From the NCBI GenBank assembly GCA_002633005.1, contig NMRA01000168.1:713188-777187 (forward strand): 64,000 nt of DNA. The letters run 5' to 3'. Shown piece by piece: positions 1-13,261 of the stretch. Position 1 is the stretch's first letter, and every line of letters begins with the position of its first letter. The notes beneath the pieces were generated by a model. That model saw nothing but the letters and a program-made list of their open reading frames with translations. It had not been told where the DNA came from and ran no database searches. A program made the translations under genes and the position numbers. The DNA comes from Phoronis australis (taxonomy: Eukaryota; Animalia; Phoronida).

Positions 1-51
1 TTGGGAATCGACGAGTGTTGGTTACATATGTTGGGAACCCTCTCACTGCAG
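1..51 (+). CDS. Partial internal exon of sushi-TM protein gene (GNRRVLVTYVGNPLTA-G)
   Basis: Open frame ending at GCAG|GTAC; its phase 1 matches the acceptor of the sushi exon at 170. Confidence 0.5.
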
Positions 52-169
52 GTACTTTTACATACCATTGATGTCGCATGCGACTAAATGCTCAGTGGCA
101 ACTATGTTCCAAGCCTGTCCCTTCAGCTGCATGTAGTAAAGTCTTTGGTTATTTCCTGTCCTTTTCCAG

Positions 170-349
170 GAATCAATTGCTTTAAACCACATGGCGAAGA
201 TGTTAATGCCGTCAGAACTGGGTCTGTTTTTGCATACGGTTATGCTGTGACCTACGGTTGCAAGTCTGGCTATGAACAAAAGTCTGGAGAAGCTATGATG
301 AGATGCTTATCTAATGCGACCTGGAGTGGTTTGCCTTTGCAATGTCAGA
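170..349 (+). CDS. Sushi/CCP domain exon
   Basis: ttttccAG acceptor and GTAAGT donor, phase 1-1, 180 nt; INCFKP...VTYGCKSGY...MRCLSNATWSGLPLQC has the 4-Cys plus Trp CCP pattern. Confidence 0.9.
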
Positions 350-512
350 GTAAGTTAATTATTTTCGTCGTGTGTATGCATCCTCGGTATTCCTGTTTAA
401 GTATATACATCATTTCAACAACGTCTCCAGGTAATAATGTGCGACCATAATCATTGTTACCTTTCTGGTTTTGTATTATTCACCCATCTAGTTCTTACTG
501 TGATTAAATTAA

Positions 513-2119
513 GGGAGAATGCCACCCGATTTAAGTAGTCTTTTTAACGTCTTAATCGGTCTATATCCACATCGCCTATTATACGGTCGACCTCACCTTG
601 CCGAGAGGTATAGCGTTAACGTGTGAGGAAGGTGAAAAACGACGCAGCGACGCCAGTGGTTCTTCTGAGGAGTGAATGCCGCTAGATGTATGTTACATTG
701 CATCGGTCCAGCTTGTTCGAACTATGGAGCTGCGAAGAAAACGGGTATATCGTTTTACGACTTCCTCCAGAGCCCGAAATGCTTAGGTAGTGTCGCTGTA
801 GAGAAGAATTAAAGGTACGCTGTTAATAGCAAGTATGAGGATTTAAAACATCTCCGTGTATGTGGCCGGCTTTTCGTCGACAATGATTTCTCTGACGAAT
901 TCCAGCTTACCAAACAACTATCCATACGTTCCGTTGCCGGTGCATGTTCAAGGCGCCTCTCTAGTATTTCTTGATCAGTGTATTCCGGCTCGAACTGACA
1001 GCCTGTGAAACCTAACGATACGATCCAAAAAGTCTTCAACGGATGAGCTCTTGACTAAATCGGGATTGGCGCCGAGCGAGTTGCCATGTAGACGTTCATT
1101 ATTCTGCAATCTGTTTCAAAATGAATTATTCTCATCCAAACCAATGCTTATATAAAACTGAAACAAAATATTTCTTATTAGACACAATTTGTAACGCCTT
1201 TGCAGTATTCGTGAGTGCAAATATTGAGAAGCCAGCAACGGCCACTGCGTTACCGGAAATTGATGACGGCAATAAAGGAAATTGACCGGGGACTGAGGTT
1301 GTGTGAGCGCATGCTGATTCCGTGTTTGCTGACAGAAAACCGTTGTGAAACAAGTACTCAATTATTTATGCTATGGTCGCACTGTATTAGTGGAAACTTT
1401 TTTAGAAATACAAATACATTATTCAAATCATTGTTACTGTACAACCTTTGCCCTGACGGTCTTTGGAAGGGGAACCCGACAAGTAAGTAGATTTTCATTT
1501 TCTTGGCTAATAACTTCGTGCATATTAGTTCTTTGGCTCACTGTTGTAGTCTTTTTGTGACAGGAGTTTAGTTTCCAACTGAAGCAGGTTTATGTTCGAG
1601 CCAGTCCCGGCGGCCAAGACGGGCCTGATCGGTTTACGAACCACTGGTCGGGTTAGGCGTTCTGTGTGTTTACAACTCAAAATCACAGGTCTAAACAACA
1701 CAGAGTAAGGTTCTCATGTCTATATTTCACGGAAGAATACGTCGCATTTATCTCCGAACATACCCCATGCTCTTGCTACGGACCTGGGTAAATTGGCCTG
1801 CCGAACTTTGCAGTCTAAGGTGCGTCCGAATACCAATAAATCCTAACAGCAAAATAAAACAACACGTTTTTATAAGAACTCGGTGTGTGTTTAAGGTTTT
1901 TTGGTGGTTTATTGGTGAATTCAAGCGATAAGCTGACACCAGTAACCCGTGTTGTGAACTGCTGAACAGACTGGGCGTGAAACCAATGACGTCATTGAAA
2001 AAGTCAACACCGCCGTCTGCGTCAGGTGTCAGATAACACAACCGAACGTTCCGTTATCGAATTGAACTACTCGATCTAAATTGATACAAAATAGGTTAAT
2101 TTTTGGGTGGCATTCTCCT
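513..2119. mobile_element. Kolobok-like DNA transposon, decayed, in an intron
   Basis: TTAA on both flanks (509-512, 2120-2123); inverted termini RGGAGAATGCCACCC...GGGTGGCATTCTCCT; internal - strand QFEPEYTDQEILERR resembles the start of KolX/P2X7-C-terminal-like proteins. Confidence 0.75.
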
Positions 2120-3599
2120 TTAAAACATGTTTGGAATACGGTGTAGTCACACCAGAGACCGCAAGAATGTTCTAATATGTCCCGTTGACTTTGAGATACT
2201 TGAATCAGAAGGGCCGCGATTTAGACTGTATTTAGATCTGTATATGGGATTAGTTCTACGTGTATCCAGGTAAAGCAGACAAAACCTGAACGAACTCATC
2301 ACACTATAATCTGGTAACGGGGATCAGTTATAAGAAATGTTGCTTACCACCGACAAAGAAGAAATGAAAGGCAGATCATCAGTATGCATCCAAAATCTCT
2401 CTTACCATAGCCACCATCTTCCATTTACCACACACGTATATCCGACAGTTAAAAATGCAGATGATGTAATATTGTGTTCGACAAGAACCTTTTAAAGTGT
2501 AACGCTAGTCTAAAGAAGTTGAAATTGTTGTTACTGCGTGTTATTTATACCTTTTCAAACCCAAACTTTCAAACAGGGCTCCATCACGGTATGCAAAAAC
2601 GGAGTGCATTCACTGCGTAGTATACCGGGCGCGAACTATTGAGTCGTGCCTGAAAGCCATGGGTAAAAGTATGAACTACATGGACTTGGGGGTGGGGCAG
2701 CTGCATTGTCCCTTGATTACTGCGTAGTATGCGCATTTCAATTGTGCACTTCAAGTACATGTACGTGCGCGCTTAGATTGCAAAAGTCACGCCTCGGTAT
2801 TTCACCTCTGTTATTTTTGAAATAACTTCTAACATCAGAGACATATTGTATTTGACAGTTTCAAGAGTTTGAAGACAAGCTTCCTTCACAAATTGCTGTC
2901 GGGTCTCTCCTTTGCCCCATCCCAGAGAGATTCCAGTCAACAAATTAATTTTCTAAGAACATTCACTATTTTTCGAATGGGTTACATACACTTACATTGT
3001 ATTTTTGAATAGGATGCTGAATTTAGGTCACGTCTGATATTTTTGAATTACAGCACAAGCAGATTAAGATACCCCCTTTCAGACACAGTATGTAACACAC
3101 CAAAAGCCGTTATTTGAACCATCAAATTGTTTACATAGTTTCCACTGCAACTGGTTTGTCAAGCATTTCATTTACCCCGTTATTATCACAATTTACGACT
3201 GCCCCCCCACTGTGCTGTATGTGGGGACCCTGATTGGTGCTATTCGTGCACATGACACCGTGGTTACATGGGGAAAACTAGCATTCTGCCCAGGTATACA
3301 AGATCTACTGAAAAAAGAGTGAAAATGGGCACCTCATTGTGAATAAAATATTTTCTATGTGCCACGATAAGGCAATTAGATCTTCGGTGTCCATATCTTT
3401 CGTATTGGTTGTGAGTGCACCGTGTATTTACCACGTTTGGGAAGTTGCCTCTACCAGGCTACTAGGTTATATACCGGAAATGCAAACTAGGCTTATATAT
3501 GAGGTTTGTTTTCCATTGCCAAAGTGAGCATAAGCCAGACTCTGTCTTACCTGTCGTAATCATTTCACAAAGTATCGCACGTGCCCTAGCCGCACTATT

Positions 3600-3950
3600 G
3601 AAATAAACTTTCTTTTACTTGTCCTAAAATGCAGCGATTTTAAATTTCGAAGACTGCTAAAATCTGCTTTTCAGTTTAGAGAACTGTAGTGTTATTGGTT
3701 TGCCTTACTCCATTTTCGTTGTTTGGCTTTGAATCTTGTACTAAACAGTCGGGTCTGTTTATAAATGCATTTATCTCATCCACTAGACATTCGGCCAAGC
3801 CCATGATTAGCGACAAACTCACTCCGCTGAAAAACACCTGGATGAAGAGTGCACGCGTTCTGGCCCACTTGCCTGGAAATCCTGATAACGTAAAAAATGC
3901 CTAGTGGCTATATCCAACTCTGAAATATAAAAACGCGTCTAAGTCTGGTC
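3600..3950 (-). mobile_element. Possible highly decayed LINE reverse-transcriptase fragment
   Basis: LFIQVFFSGVSLSLIMGLAECLVDEINAF loosely resembles the RT segment LFADD..L....GLQ.CLD.L; no intact catalytic motif. Confidence 0.3.
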
Positions 3951-4190
3951 AGCACGCCACAAGTGGTTACAATTTTACCTGTATTGGTCCACCGTCAAAA
4001 CACATTTCATGAACGTTTAAGATAAAAACGGAAATGGAATCTTTAAGCTACTTTCTTCTGTTTCTGTTTTGACCAAAGATTATCGTAGACATGCCCAAAT
4101 GCAACTGAGTTACATTGCGCAAATACATTATTACCTGGCAAACTAGCAGTACCCATTAATGAAACTCATACCATTGTTGACACTTTTCAG

Positions 4191-4323
4191 AACAACAGTC
4201 CATTAAAACCCACTTTGCTTATATCATGGGTGGAATCGCCGCGGCCTTGGGTCTCTCTATCGTCTTGATCACAACCATTGGGATTTGTCTTTGTCGGAAA
4301 AGAAAATCGCCACCCAAGGACAG
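4191..4323 (+). CDS. Transmembrane exon of sushi-domain type I membrane protein
   Basis: cttttcAG acceptor, phase 1; FAYIMGGIAAALGLSIVLITTIGICLC hydrophobic helix followed by RKRK stop-transfer; AG|GTCGGT donor, phase 2. Confidence 0.85.
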
Positions 4324-4686
4324 GTCGGTATCACAGTTATTGTAAGCACTACGTTCATTTTTCTAATCTCAAAACTGCATGCCCTCCAATTAACCATTAA
4401 TCGCTGTATTTGCCATTTAGTCGGTTCCCCCACACACTTGGAATGTCTGGAGGTTGAATCAGAAATATATGCTCTTCTAAGTTTGGGTTATGTAAAGCGA
4501 ACTAGAGTGTCAGGATAATGCCTCTCTTTACGTGAGAATTCTTTTTTTCGGAGGTTAGTGCTGTAGCGTGAGCTTTTCGGTGACATAAATCCTCCATGTA
4601 TTTAGTTATTGACGTATGTAAGCGAGGTGGTAGCGCCAACAGTAGCAAATACACCGGTGTACAGTAACATTTCATTTTGTCTACAG

Positions 4687-4951
4687 GAAAACTTCTCTCT
4701 CCAATTCTATGGTATTACAAAACTGTAAGAGCAATCTGCCTTCGAAAGATGAATTCCTTGAAAATTCATACTACCAAAGATACATTCTCCCCATGACCAT
4801 CCCACGTGACCCAGAGGCTACTCAGAAACGTCAACACGTACCTGCTCCCAAGTACAGAAAGGCCCCGATGTCAGGCTTACCGGTCACGGCACAGAACAAA
4901 CTGTGGCGTATTTCCGATTTTCCGTCGGGTTTCGTGGTGACACGTCATTAA
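4687..4951 (+). CDS. Terminal exon: cytoplasmic tail of sushi-TM protein
   Basis: tttgtctacAG acceptor, phase 2, continuous with the 4709-4951 ORF frame; ends in TAA; candidate ATTAAA polyA signal near 5873. Confidence 0.75.
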
Positions 4952-7882
4952 GTGCCTATGTTTTTCTTATTCCAACGTCAGATGAACTTCTTAATTCAAT
5001 CTTTTGTGAACATTGTTCACATGTATAAGGTATATGGATCTGCTTCAAAGATTTTAAAATCGGGCTTAATATCCTAGACAGAAGTGCAACGTCTTCTCTG
5101 CATCTTATTGCACTTCAAAAAGTTATCAAGTATACACTACTGTAGGAGTTAAATATGTCCTCTAATTTCTCTTGTCTAAACTCGATTTAACAGACTCAGC
5201 AAAATGATTGGTGTCCTAAAATCGATGTATATTACATGTATTCTTTTGACTTTATGTATATGTTCACAATCATGGCTAGTTTCTAAGTCCACCTCATTGT
5301 TAGCCTCTTGAAGTATGTTAAACAAGTCTTTATTGGAACCAGCATTCTATGTTTGCTTCCCATTTCTGCATTTGATAAGGGCTTGACTTTCCTCCAACAG
5401 CTTCGACGTATCTGTCGATCTGCTCTTGACGCGGGTGGACGTGGCACACCTCATTAGAGTATCCTTCTGATCCTGTGGTGTATGTCATGGAAAGCGTGTA
5501 CACGTGTCTTAAGAGTTCCTTAATACCACGACATATCACCCTGAATTAGGGTATGCTTGGGACCTTCCTGTGAAACACCACAATAAGCCTTAAGTGAGTA
5601 AGGGCCCTTACCAGGGAAATGCAGTGTTTGCAGCTTTGCAAATGCTAAGATTTCTTGCCGCAAGAGTTCAGTGTGATTGAACGGCGTTACTGTGACTTTA
5701 GTCCTTCTAAGTTTACTTCGTGGTTTTGCTCGCGAAAGCCCATCATTCCCCTTCTCAAAATGTAACTCTGTGTAATCAGGATCAAGTACTGTGAGGTTTT
5801 GTGTTGATTGTTTTGTGACTTAATGTAATCAAGATACATGCCTTCTGTTTCATAATATTTGTCTACTCAAGATTAAACTGTACATGTTTTATGTCGTTAT
5901 CGTTTTTCACTTAGACCTTGCTCGACATACACCAGCAAAGTTACGAACATATTTTTGGAAACGTGTAACGACAGCTCCAGGACGTGGAATTAGTCGTTAC
6001 CGCTAGAACAAAAAGCAGTTTCCCAAACATGTCATGGGCTGCTCAGGGCTGAATAAAGCTGGGGCTATAGCCACCCCTTCAGTCTCTTGTGGTGCGCCGC
6101 CCATGCATATACGGAATGATGGAGATAGTCCAACAAAACGCCTTATAACGTAATCACAAATCGTACTCCTCTTTCAACCTTTCATGAATCGTTATCTTTC
6201 CAAGCCACCTTCTCCATTGAGTGGTGACGTAATATGTGAACGCTCATTAAGCGCAACCAGTTTCATTGCACGATTGTGATTAAATGTATACAGTAATACA
6301 TCAACGTAAATTATAAAGCATGTCTGCCGATTTTGTGTCAGTAAAGACATGTTTGTTTGGGGAAAGGTTTGTTAATACGGGATATGTTGCAACGTGAATT
6401 GTACATGTAACGTACAGTACATACCAGCACTAATCTGTGAGTTTGCAGCCGGTCAAAGTTACAGTAGTTGACGGAATCACTAGTGAAACTAAATATTAGC
6501 AGGTGGTAGTATATCTGAAACACATGACACGGAAAAAGTTGCTATTAGCAGGGAACGTAACGACTGTTCGAGTGTTGCATTCGGTTATTAAGGAACCACG
6601 TTTATTGAGTGAACGCGCAGCTGATTTAAGGGCCGCAAGTCCAAGGCAGAACAAGAGTAGGAATCAGCGATATAATCAATGGACACTTTAAACAAATTTA
6701 AAAGTGGACAATATGGATATTTGCTGTGCGATCAAGTCATAAGTAAGATCATCCATGGCAGACGAAAAAATGAATAAAGAACATAAAAGTAGAAGGCTTG
6801 TCTGCTCTACAACTGCGGTTTCGTGTCAGTTTTGTCTGAACGGAATAGCCGGCTTAAAGGAAGACGCTACGGGCGCCAATACTTGCAGGTCGAGGAACAA
6901 TGGAGATGGCAATTTACCGGATTCGTCAATAGGCGTGAATTTTTTGCTGCTGGGACATGAAATATAATAAAACTTCGAGTGTCGACGATCTCGATTCATC
7001 AATTAACTTCAATGAAAACATATGCTAAGGGAAAATAGCAAAGATTATCTTTTCTGAGATTCATTGTAAACTTCAGATGACGCAGGGGCCGATGCTGTGT
7101 TAATATGTATCAGGTCTGGAGAAGGTGAAACGATTTCACGAGCAGATTCACCAACATCGTATCCGAAAACTCAATCTATCAGAGGAGCTAGCATAACTTT
7201 CTCGGACAGAGTGGATGGTACAGTGTTGAAGGTCGAAAAATTAGAGGACGTCTTCATGTACTTAGGAAAGAAAATAGATAGCTTCAGTGAAACGCAAGTG
7301 AAATCCAACCCCATCTTGGTGGACGACAATGGGGAGGTTGCAAGGTCTCTGGATATTGGCTAGACAGACATTCAAGGAAACTCATCCGAGACGGTAGCAG
7401 AGAGCCTAAATACTGCACAAGGTAAATTTTCACATATCATATTTTTAATGACGGTCCGGACACAGTGGAGTAGCAGCAGGTGATTAGTGTGTCAATTATC
7501 TACAGTACTAAGGTTCAAAGATTTGCTAATTACGTATTATAGATTTCCTAAAGGTAATTGAATTTCTGAAGCAGAAAAATTCACTTAGAAATCAAAAGTT
7601 TTAATCCACATTATATCCAAATAATGCAGCCCGTTTGATATTGCAGTGAAGCATTAACTAATGTGGTATACATGTATTATATGGTATACAAAAGAACCTT
7701 AGCCCAGCGTTTTTGATCAACAAATTCTTTGCGACGCAGTTTCTGAACAAATCTGTTAAAGAAGTCCAAGGTGCCATGAACCTGGCACTTTTTCAAATGC
7801 AAATGCCCTAATCGCATGAAATCATTTACTCTGAGCTGATATTAAGAATAAATATACAAGATACTTATATTGATTTGGTTAA

Positions 7883-8134
7883 TTAATTATCGATACGTTT
7901 AGTGCTACGAGAACCAGAATTGAAACTATGAATGTTCCCTTGACCGCACATGCGGAGGTGATTAGCTGACTAATACGGCTTACGTCCACCCGGTGCACCG
8001 CTGCATCTATTAAGATGGCTGATGCTATTTTCCCAGCTCACAGCATTGGTGACATAAGCCTTGAATTCGAAGCAGGTGTCTTCGGTGCTGGAGCAGTCCA
8101 TGTCCACTTAATAATCCAATAGTGATTGCCGTAC
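7883..8134 (-). pseudogene. Amy: Last amylase exon: C-terminal extension domain
   Basis: YGNHYWII/VDMDCSSTEDTCFEFKAYVTNAVSWENSISHLNRCSGAPGGRKPY*SANHLRMCGQGNIHSF; one frameshift, TAG at 7970-7972, final TAA at 7883-7885. Confidence 0.8.
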
Positions 8135-8900
8135 CTTCAATAAACCGTTGTCGTTTAAGTGCAAGGAATTCTCTCCTGAAAATTTCAGTGAAAATAAAAA
8201 AAATATTGGAAAAATTTTAAAGTTACATTAGTGAGTTGTCATCATCATTCACTGAATCAGGTGTTGACCGTGAACAACTGTGGGGGTCGTACGGAAATTG
8301 AAATGAGGGGACAGAAACAATCGTTAACGCATGGAGTCGTAGGCATTTCATGGTTAACACCTTAAAATCTACAATCCGCCAAAAGAAATACAGTTTTAAT
8401 TTACATCCCACATTATGTTAAAACTGGCAGGTGAGTTTTTTGATTTCTAGGCTTGGACATACCTGGAATGCAGTTTTGCTGGAGACCGTGTTCAGCCGAG
8501 AAAATGACCCGCAGTGTCAAATCATCTTTTTTCATCTTGCAATTAATAATGAACTTCCAGTTACAGCTTCAAAACCCCAATATAACCCCTGATTAAAGAC
8601 AGTGAAAGTTCATACCAATTCCATAGCTGTAAGAGAGATATGAATAGAATACTAATCGGCAGAAGTTACGATTACAATACCTTAGAAAGAAAATTGAACT
8701 TCACTAGTTCTGTATCACAACTGTGTAAACAAAAAAGTCAGCAACGGGTTGCACCTAATAAATGACGCAGCTGAAACATTTTATCGTTGTTTTGTTCTAA
8801 AATCTTCCGGCGTGTGAAGCTCCTACAGGGGCAACGCCGTCTGTAGTTCACCTATAGACGTTGGTCGCTATCTGCTACTCGAACATATAAAATCCTTTAC

Positions 8901-9016
8901 CGTCGTCATTAATTGCATTAAATTGCTTGTCACTGCCGGAGAACACGAACTTGTTGGCTACCATCGTCCCATCGGTGATTCATTTCAGTCCTTGACACGG
9001 CGTTGCGGAATTCTAC
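8901..9016 (-). pseudogene. Amy: Amylase exon, start of domain C
   Basis: VEFRNAVSRTEMNHRWDDGSQQ/FVFSGSDKQFNAINDD resembles FRN.V.G.....WWDNG..QIAFSRG.KGFIAIN; frameshifted; acceptor appears mutated. Confidence 0.75.
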
Positions 9017-9968
9017 ATAACATGACTTAAGAACACAGAGACAGAATCAGAATAAGTCACAAATTGATAGCTAAGAATGCTAGTTTTGAGATGGGAGTGT
9101 CGGGGTGCGTAATTGCATACAATTGGAGAGTCAGAATGGGGGACTCTACCTACCACAACTTGAGAAATTAAAGTGACAATTTGTTTTGTAGTCCATATAT
9201 AGCGTAGTGCTTAGAACCGTAGAAAATAACAACACAGCAGCCGAATGACAAATGTCTTAAACAATAAAAGTTGTATTAGAAGAACTGGAACAAAGGTTGG
9301 TACGAGACCATCGTACTTTCACAACAGTGACCACAGGAGGGCTTACACAGTGTTTCCTAAATTGATGTACCCCACACTCTTTTTACCTGCACGTCTTTGG
9401 AAAGAATAACGAATCTTGTTTACGTACAACAATAATAACAAACGCAAAACCAAATTTTCATTAAAGCCTATACGCTGTAATTCCGTAAAGGCTCGTTCCG
9501 AAAATACCCGCAATGCAAGTACTTGAAAGCGGAGAACACACATGTGCAGAAGCATTGATTACAGGAGTTTTAGAAATTCGGAAATTTAACGATGAAATAT
9601 ATTTATCCAATTACATACAGACGTTTAAATCTCACGTCATCAAAACTTGTATTAATGCGCAACTTTATTAAACTCGACCAATTCACACGGGCATTGTTAG
9701 CACAGTTTGCTGCACTTATTCAACAGCAAGTAAGTTATGTTCATGACAAAATATCTACTTATTAATATACTTATGCAAGTAAATGTCTGGAAACGTGGCT
9801 CTATTTTTTTTCTGACGTGTGACGGAATACGATTCGACAAATCAAATGCAATACCAGAGACAAGTTAGTAACAAACCGTAACAAGGTGATCCAGTTTACA
9901 CCAGGACACAACGTAGAGAGAAAAGGCGCCGTTGTTTTCTTTTTATTAGCACTGACAATGATATTTAC

Positions 9969-10095
9969 CATATTATTGATCTGTCTCCACCGGTGTTCTC
10001 AAACCCAGCCTTTTCCACACGTTCCGTCACGGTAAATCGTAACATCTTTGATAGTACGGTCACCAAAACTTGGTCTCATCCACTCCTTAGACTCT
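9969..10095 (-). pseudogene. Amy: Amylase exon, CGxGWVCEHRW region
   Basis: TIKDVTIYRDGTCGKGWV*EHRWRQINNM; Cys codon changed to TGA at 9999-10001; 5' boundary approximate. Confidence 0.88.
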
Positions 10096-10776
10096 TTCAA
10101 GAGATAAGTTTGACATACTGTATAACGGATTTTGCGAAATTTTTATTGTTAACCTGTTCAGGAAAAAAACCCAGCAAGTCTGAGCAAAAGCTCACTGAGA
10201 CCGTTTTTTCTTGAAGCGAATCTACGTGAGTCAAAACACACCCACCCTAGGGCAGTGCCACTATTCCAAAGATGGCGCTGTCAAAGAGTGTTTGGGAATG
10301 ATGTTGCAACTCGTCACTTTCGCAAACCTGACGTTTAAAAAAGTACATCACTCCTAAATGCGTATCACCAGTCCTCGGTTATACAAACTTGGGTAACTAA
10401 AATCGGAGAAAAATTCATAGTGCCTATTCACTGAGTGTAACTATGGTAACGTATTTTCTGTATTTGTGGTGCTCTGCTGACGATCTAAGTTACTAAAGCG
10501 AATTCAATGAATTCCCTTTTGGTAACTTTTATTCTTTTCAAAATGCGGGCATATATTTGATTTAACTAGCACCACATTCCCGCAGGGATTCGTATAGATC
10601 AGTGGAAGATATTCTCTTTGAAAACACATTTGCCACATGGCGCTCACTCTGGAGATGTGGTAGGCTACTAATTCAATTCTTGATGACGACTAGAATTTGC
10701 TAGCGTATTAACCCATTTGTATATTAGCACAACTTAAGACTGTAGCCTGTCCTAAGTAAATCTACAAAATGCTTAC

Positions 10777-10922
10777 TCGGGCGTTGACCCAAATCCTGTA
10801 CCATCTGTAGCTGGTGATCACGCCCGGTACGCCGTAGGGATAGGCCAAAATGAAGGCATTACCAATCTTGTACAGCCTGGGATCGTAGAAAGTCAGGATC
10901 GAACCACTAACAGCACCGTGGC
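10777..10922 (-). pseudogene. Amy: Amylase exon, beta8 region
   Basis: GHGAVSGSILTFYDPRLYKIGNAFILAYPYGVPGVITSYRW; ctcAG acceptor and GTAAGC donor. Confidence 0.9.
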
Positions 10923-11582
10923 CTGAGCAAAGGTGCAGACAGTTGAAAAGAATGTTGCACAATGTTTCTGAAGTTCATGATTTCCTAAATTGTCTAGGAA
11001 ATTACAGGCCATAAATGTACCAATGTGTCTCGTGGTTTCCGATATGATGAACAGTTGTAAATCGTATCTAATTTTTCTAAGGACAAGACAAGACAACAGA
11101 GCTGGTGGACACAATGACATACTGTACCTCCCTCAAAGGGACACTGTCTGCATCCAATTACACAGGGGAGCTGGTCATTTACCATAATTAAATCAAAACG
11201 ACCTCATTGTATCATAAAGTAGATTCATGGCGGTGCTTCAAATGTCAGTGAAGTAAACAAGGTTTAGTAACGCTTGAAGATTTTGAACTTGATGTTTTCA
11301 AATTTGTTTCAAACGTTTGGATATTGGAGATGGTTGCAGAATATTAGCGTGATCTCAACGATTTAGGCGATGAAGTAGCGAATGATATTTGTTAATTGTC
11401 TGTATTGATGCTTGGCATGCTTCACACTTTGAGGGCACTGAACATAGGGAGGATAAGAAAAGAAAAACGATGGCGCTAAATGGAGTATACCAACTAGGAG
11501 GACTGAAATATATACACTGTACATGCTAATGTTCTTTGCCTAATAACTGCATGTATCAAATCTGTCACAAAGAACACCTTAC

Positions 11583-11712
11583 CTCTTTGATAATCGTAGT
11601 TGTCAACGAACTCCAAGGCGTTCGCGGTTGGCAGCATCCCCCCAGGCTTCCCCAAAGTTACTGAACCATTTCAGTTGGTTCTGTCCTCGAACACGTTCAC
11701 TCAACCAAGCAC
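11583..11712 (-). pseudogene. Amy: Amylase exon, beta7 region
   Basis: GAWLSERVRGQNQLKWFSNFGEAWG/MLPTANALEFVDNYDYQR; +1 frameshift in a G run; NHD motif changed to NYD. Confidence 0.9.
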
Positions 11713-12071
11713 CTTAAAAAATGACGTTACTTGCAATTCGGTTTATACGGATGTGTCTTGATTTATACGTATATCGATTTTCAACGAATTATTCATTTTA
11801 CGGAGAGACGGAATACAAAAAGGGTTGTGGGGAATCGCCTTCTTTCATAAGACTTTTGCAGTCACCAGTCAGCGGAAAAGAGGTATTTCACAACATCTCA
11901 TTTAAAGTAAGTTCAAGAAGAACCCCAAAAACATCGACATGTAGTCATCATCTGTGTCGTCTGTAAGCCTCATTGTCATCTTTACAATTTCGTAGCAGGC
12001 TGGTGAGCTTGTATATAACATCTGTAGGCAGCACGTTACTCATTACTTTTTAAAACTATAGGTATGCATAT

Positions 12072-12265
12072 CGTGGTTGAATTCAGTGACCACTCTTAGG
12101 TCTGTATATTCAGTGCCTTTGATTGGTTGTCCTCCAAAGTCCATAACTTCTGAATAAATGAATGCTTTCGCGCCGGCTGGGAAATATTTCGCATATAATT
12201 GATGTAAGCGGCCAGCTACGCCGCACATCTTATCGCCAGGCAACATGTGTTTAACAGCATCAAAC
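12072..12265 (-). pseudogene. Amy: Amylase exon with catalytic Asp and Glu motifs
   Basis: RFDAVKHMLPGD...FIYSEVMDFGGQPIKGTEY...VTEFNH; the donor position reads ATATGC instead of GT. Confidence 0.9.
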
Positions 12266-12619
12266 CTGGAAGGTGCGTAAACTTCCAAAAGCTGTCAAAA
12301 ACCTGGGCTGAGTTTAAAAGAAAACTTTGGATTTACATGAAAACTGCTTGACTTGTACAAAAGAGTTAATGTGTTCTTTACACAATGATAAATGTGAAGG
12401 GATTTCTGGGCTCCTCAAAATAGGTGGCGCGTACAAATTTGTGGTCGGGGCCACATAGGATACCGACCAAGCTTATTAGTTGGTACTTTGAGTATTTAGT
12501 TAGCTTATAGGTCTAATAACAATGTAAATTACTTGAAATGAGATTTTCATACAAGAAAATGAGGCACGCTGCAAATTTCACAGATCTGAAGCAATCACAA
12601 ATGTGATTCTAAATTGTAC

Positions 12620-12735
12620 CGGAAGCCGGCGACAAAAATGTCAATCAATCGGTTTAGATAGTCGGCGACTTTCCCTTTGACGTAATCGTTACCAAGGTCA
12701 AGATCAGGCATACCAAGTAGACGTCAATTTCTAAC
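12620..12735 (-). pseudogene. Amy: Amylase exon, domain B to beta4
   Basis: VRN*RLLGMPDLDLGNDYVKGKVADYLNRLIDIFVAGFR; conserved Cys codon changed to TGA at 12724-12726. Confidence 0.9.
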
Positions 12736-13261
12736 CTGGTGGGTAAGAAATGTTTCCATTTCTGGAAATGACAAGTGCAGCATAAAATAAACTGTGACCT
12801 TTTCAATATGGAACATTGAGCCTGGGTAACATGAAGGAACATAAAACAAATAACCAAGATCTCAGACAAGCTTGAAACTAACTACAATACGAATTAACTG
12901 GCTAGTGTTTTCTTCAGTCTAGTAACCGGACTTATACACAATACTCTTGTTGGAGCAACCTCAGTTGGAGTAACACTGACCGATCTTCTTTAGTGCGTCC
13001 ACACACAGATTTAAACTAGAACACGTAAATTCTGGAACGTGTTGCTGCTACAGTAGATTCAATGGTTGTCTAAAAGCCATTGAAACTAAGGCAACGTCAC
13101 TTGCCTCATTTTGAAAGCTTACTCCACTTTATCCAGGTAGGGGAACTTTTCTTTGGGTAATTATTAGCCACGGTTACATATCAACGTGTCTTCTTTTACG
13201 CCCTATACCAGTTGTCCATTGTAACCTACAGGGCGTCAACGTCCAGCATACACTAATTATC

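Noticed and set aside
6755-7421. Coding-like stretch with a CxxC motif, ending at a splice-donor-like site
   Set aside because: Interrupted by stops and no family recognised; it may be a TE gene remnant but I cannot support a call.
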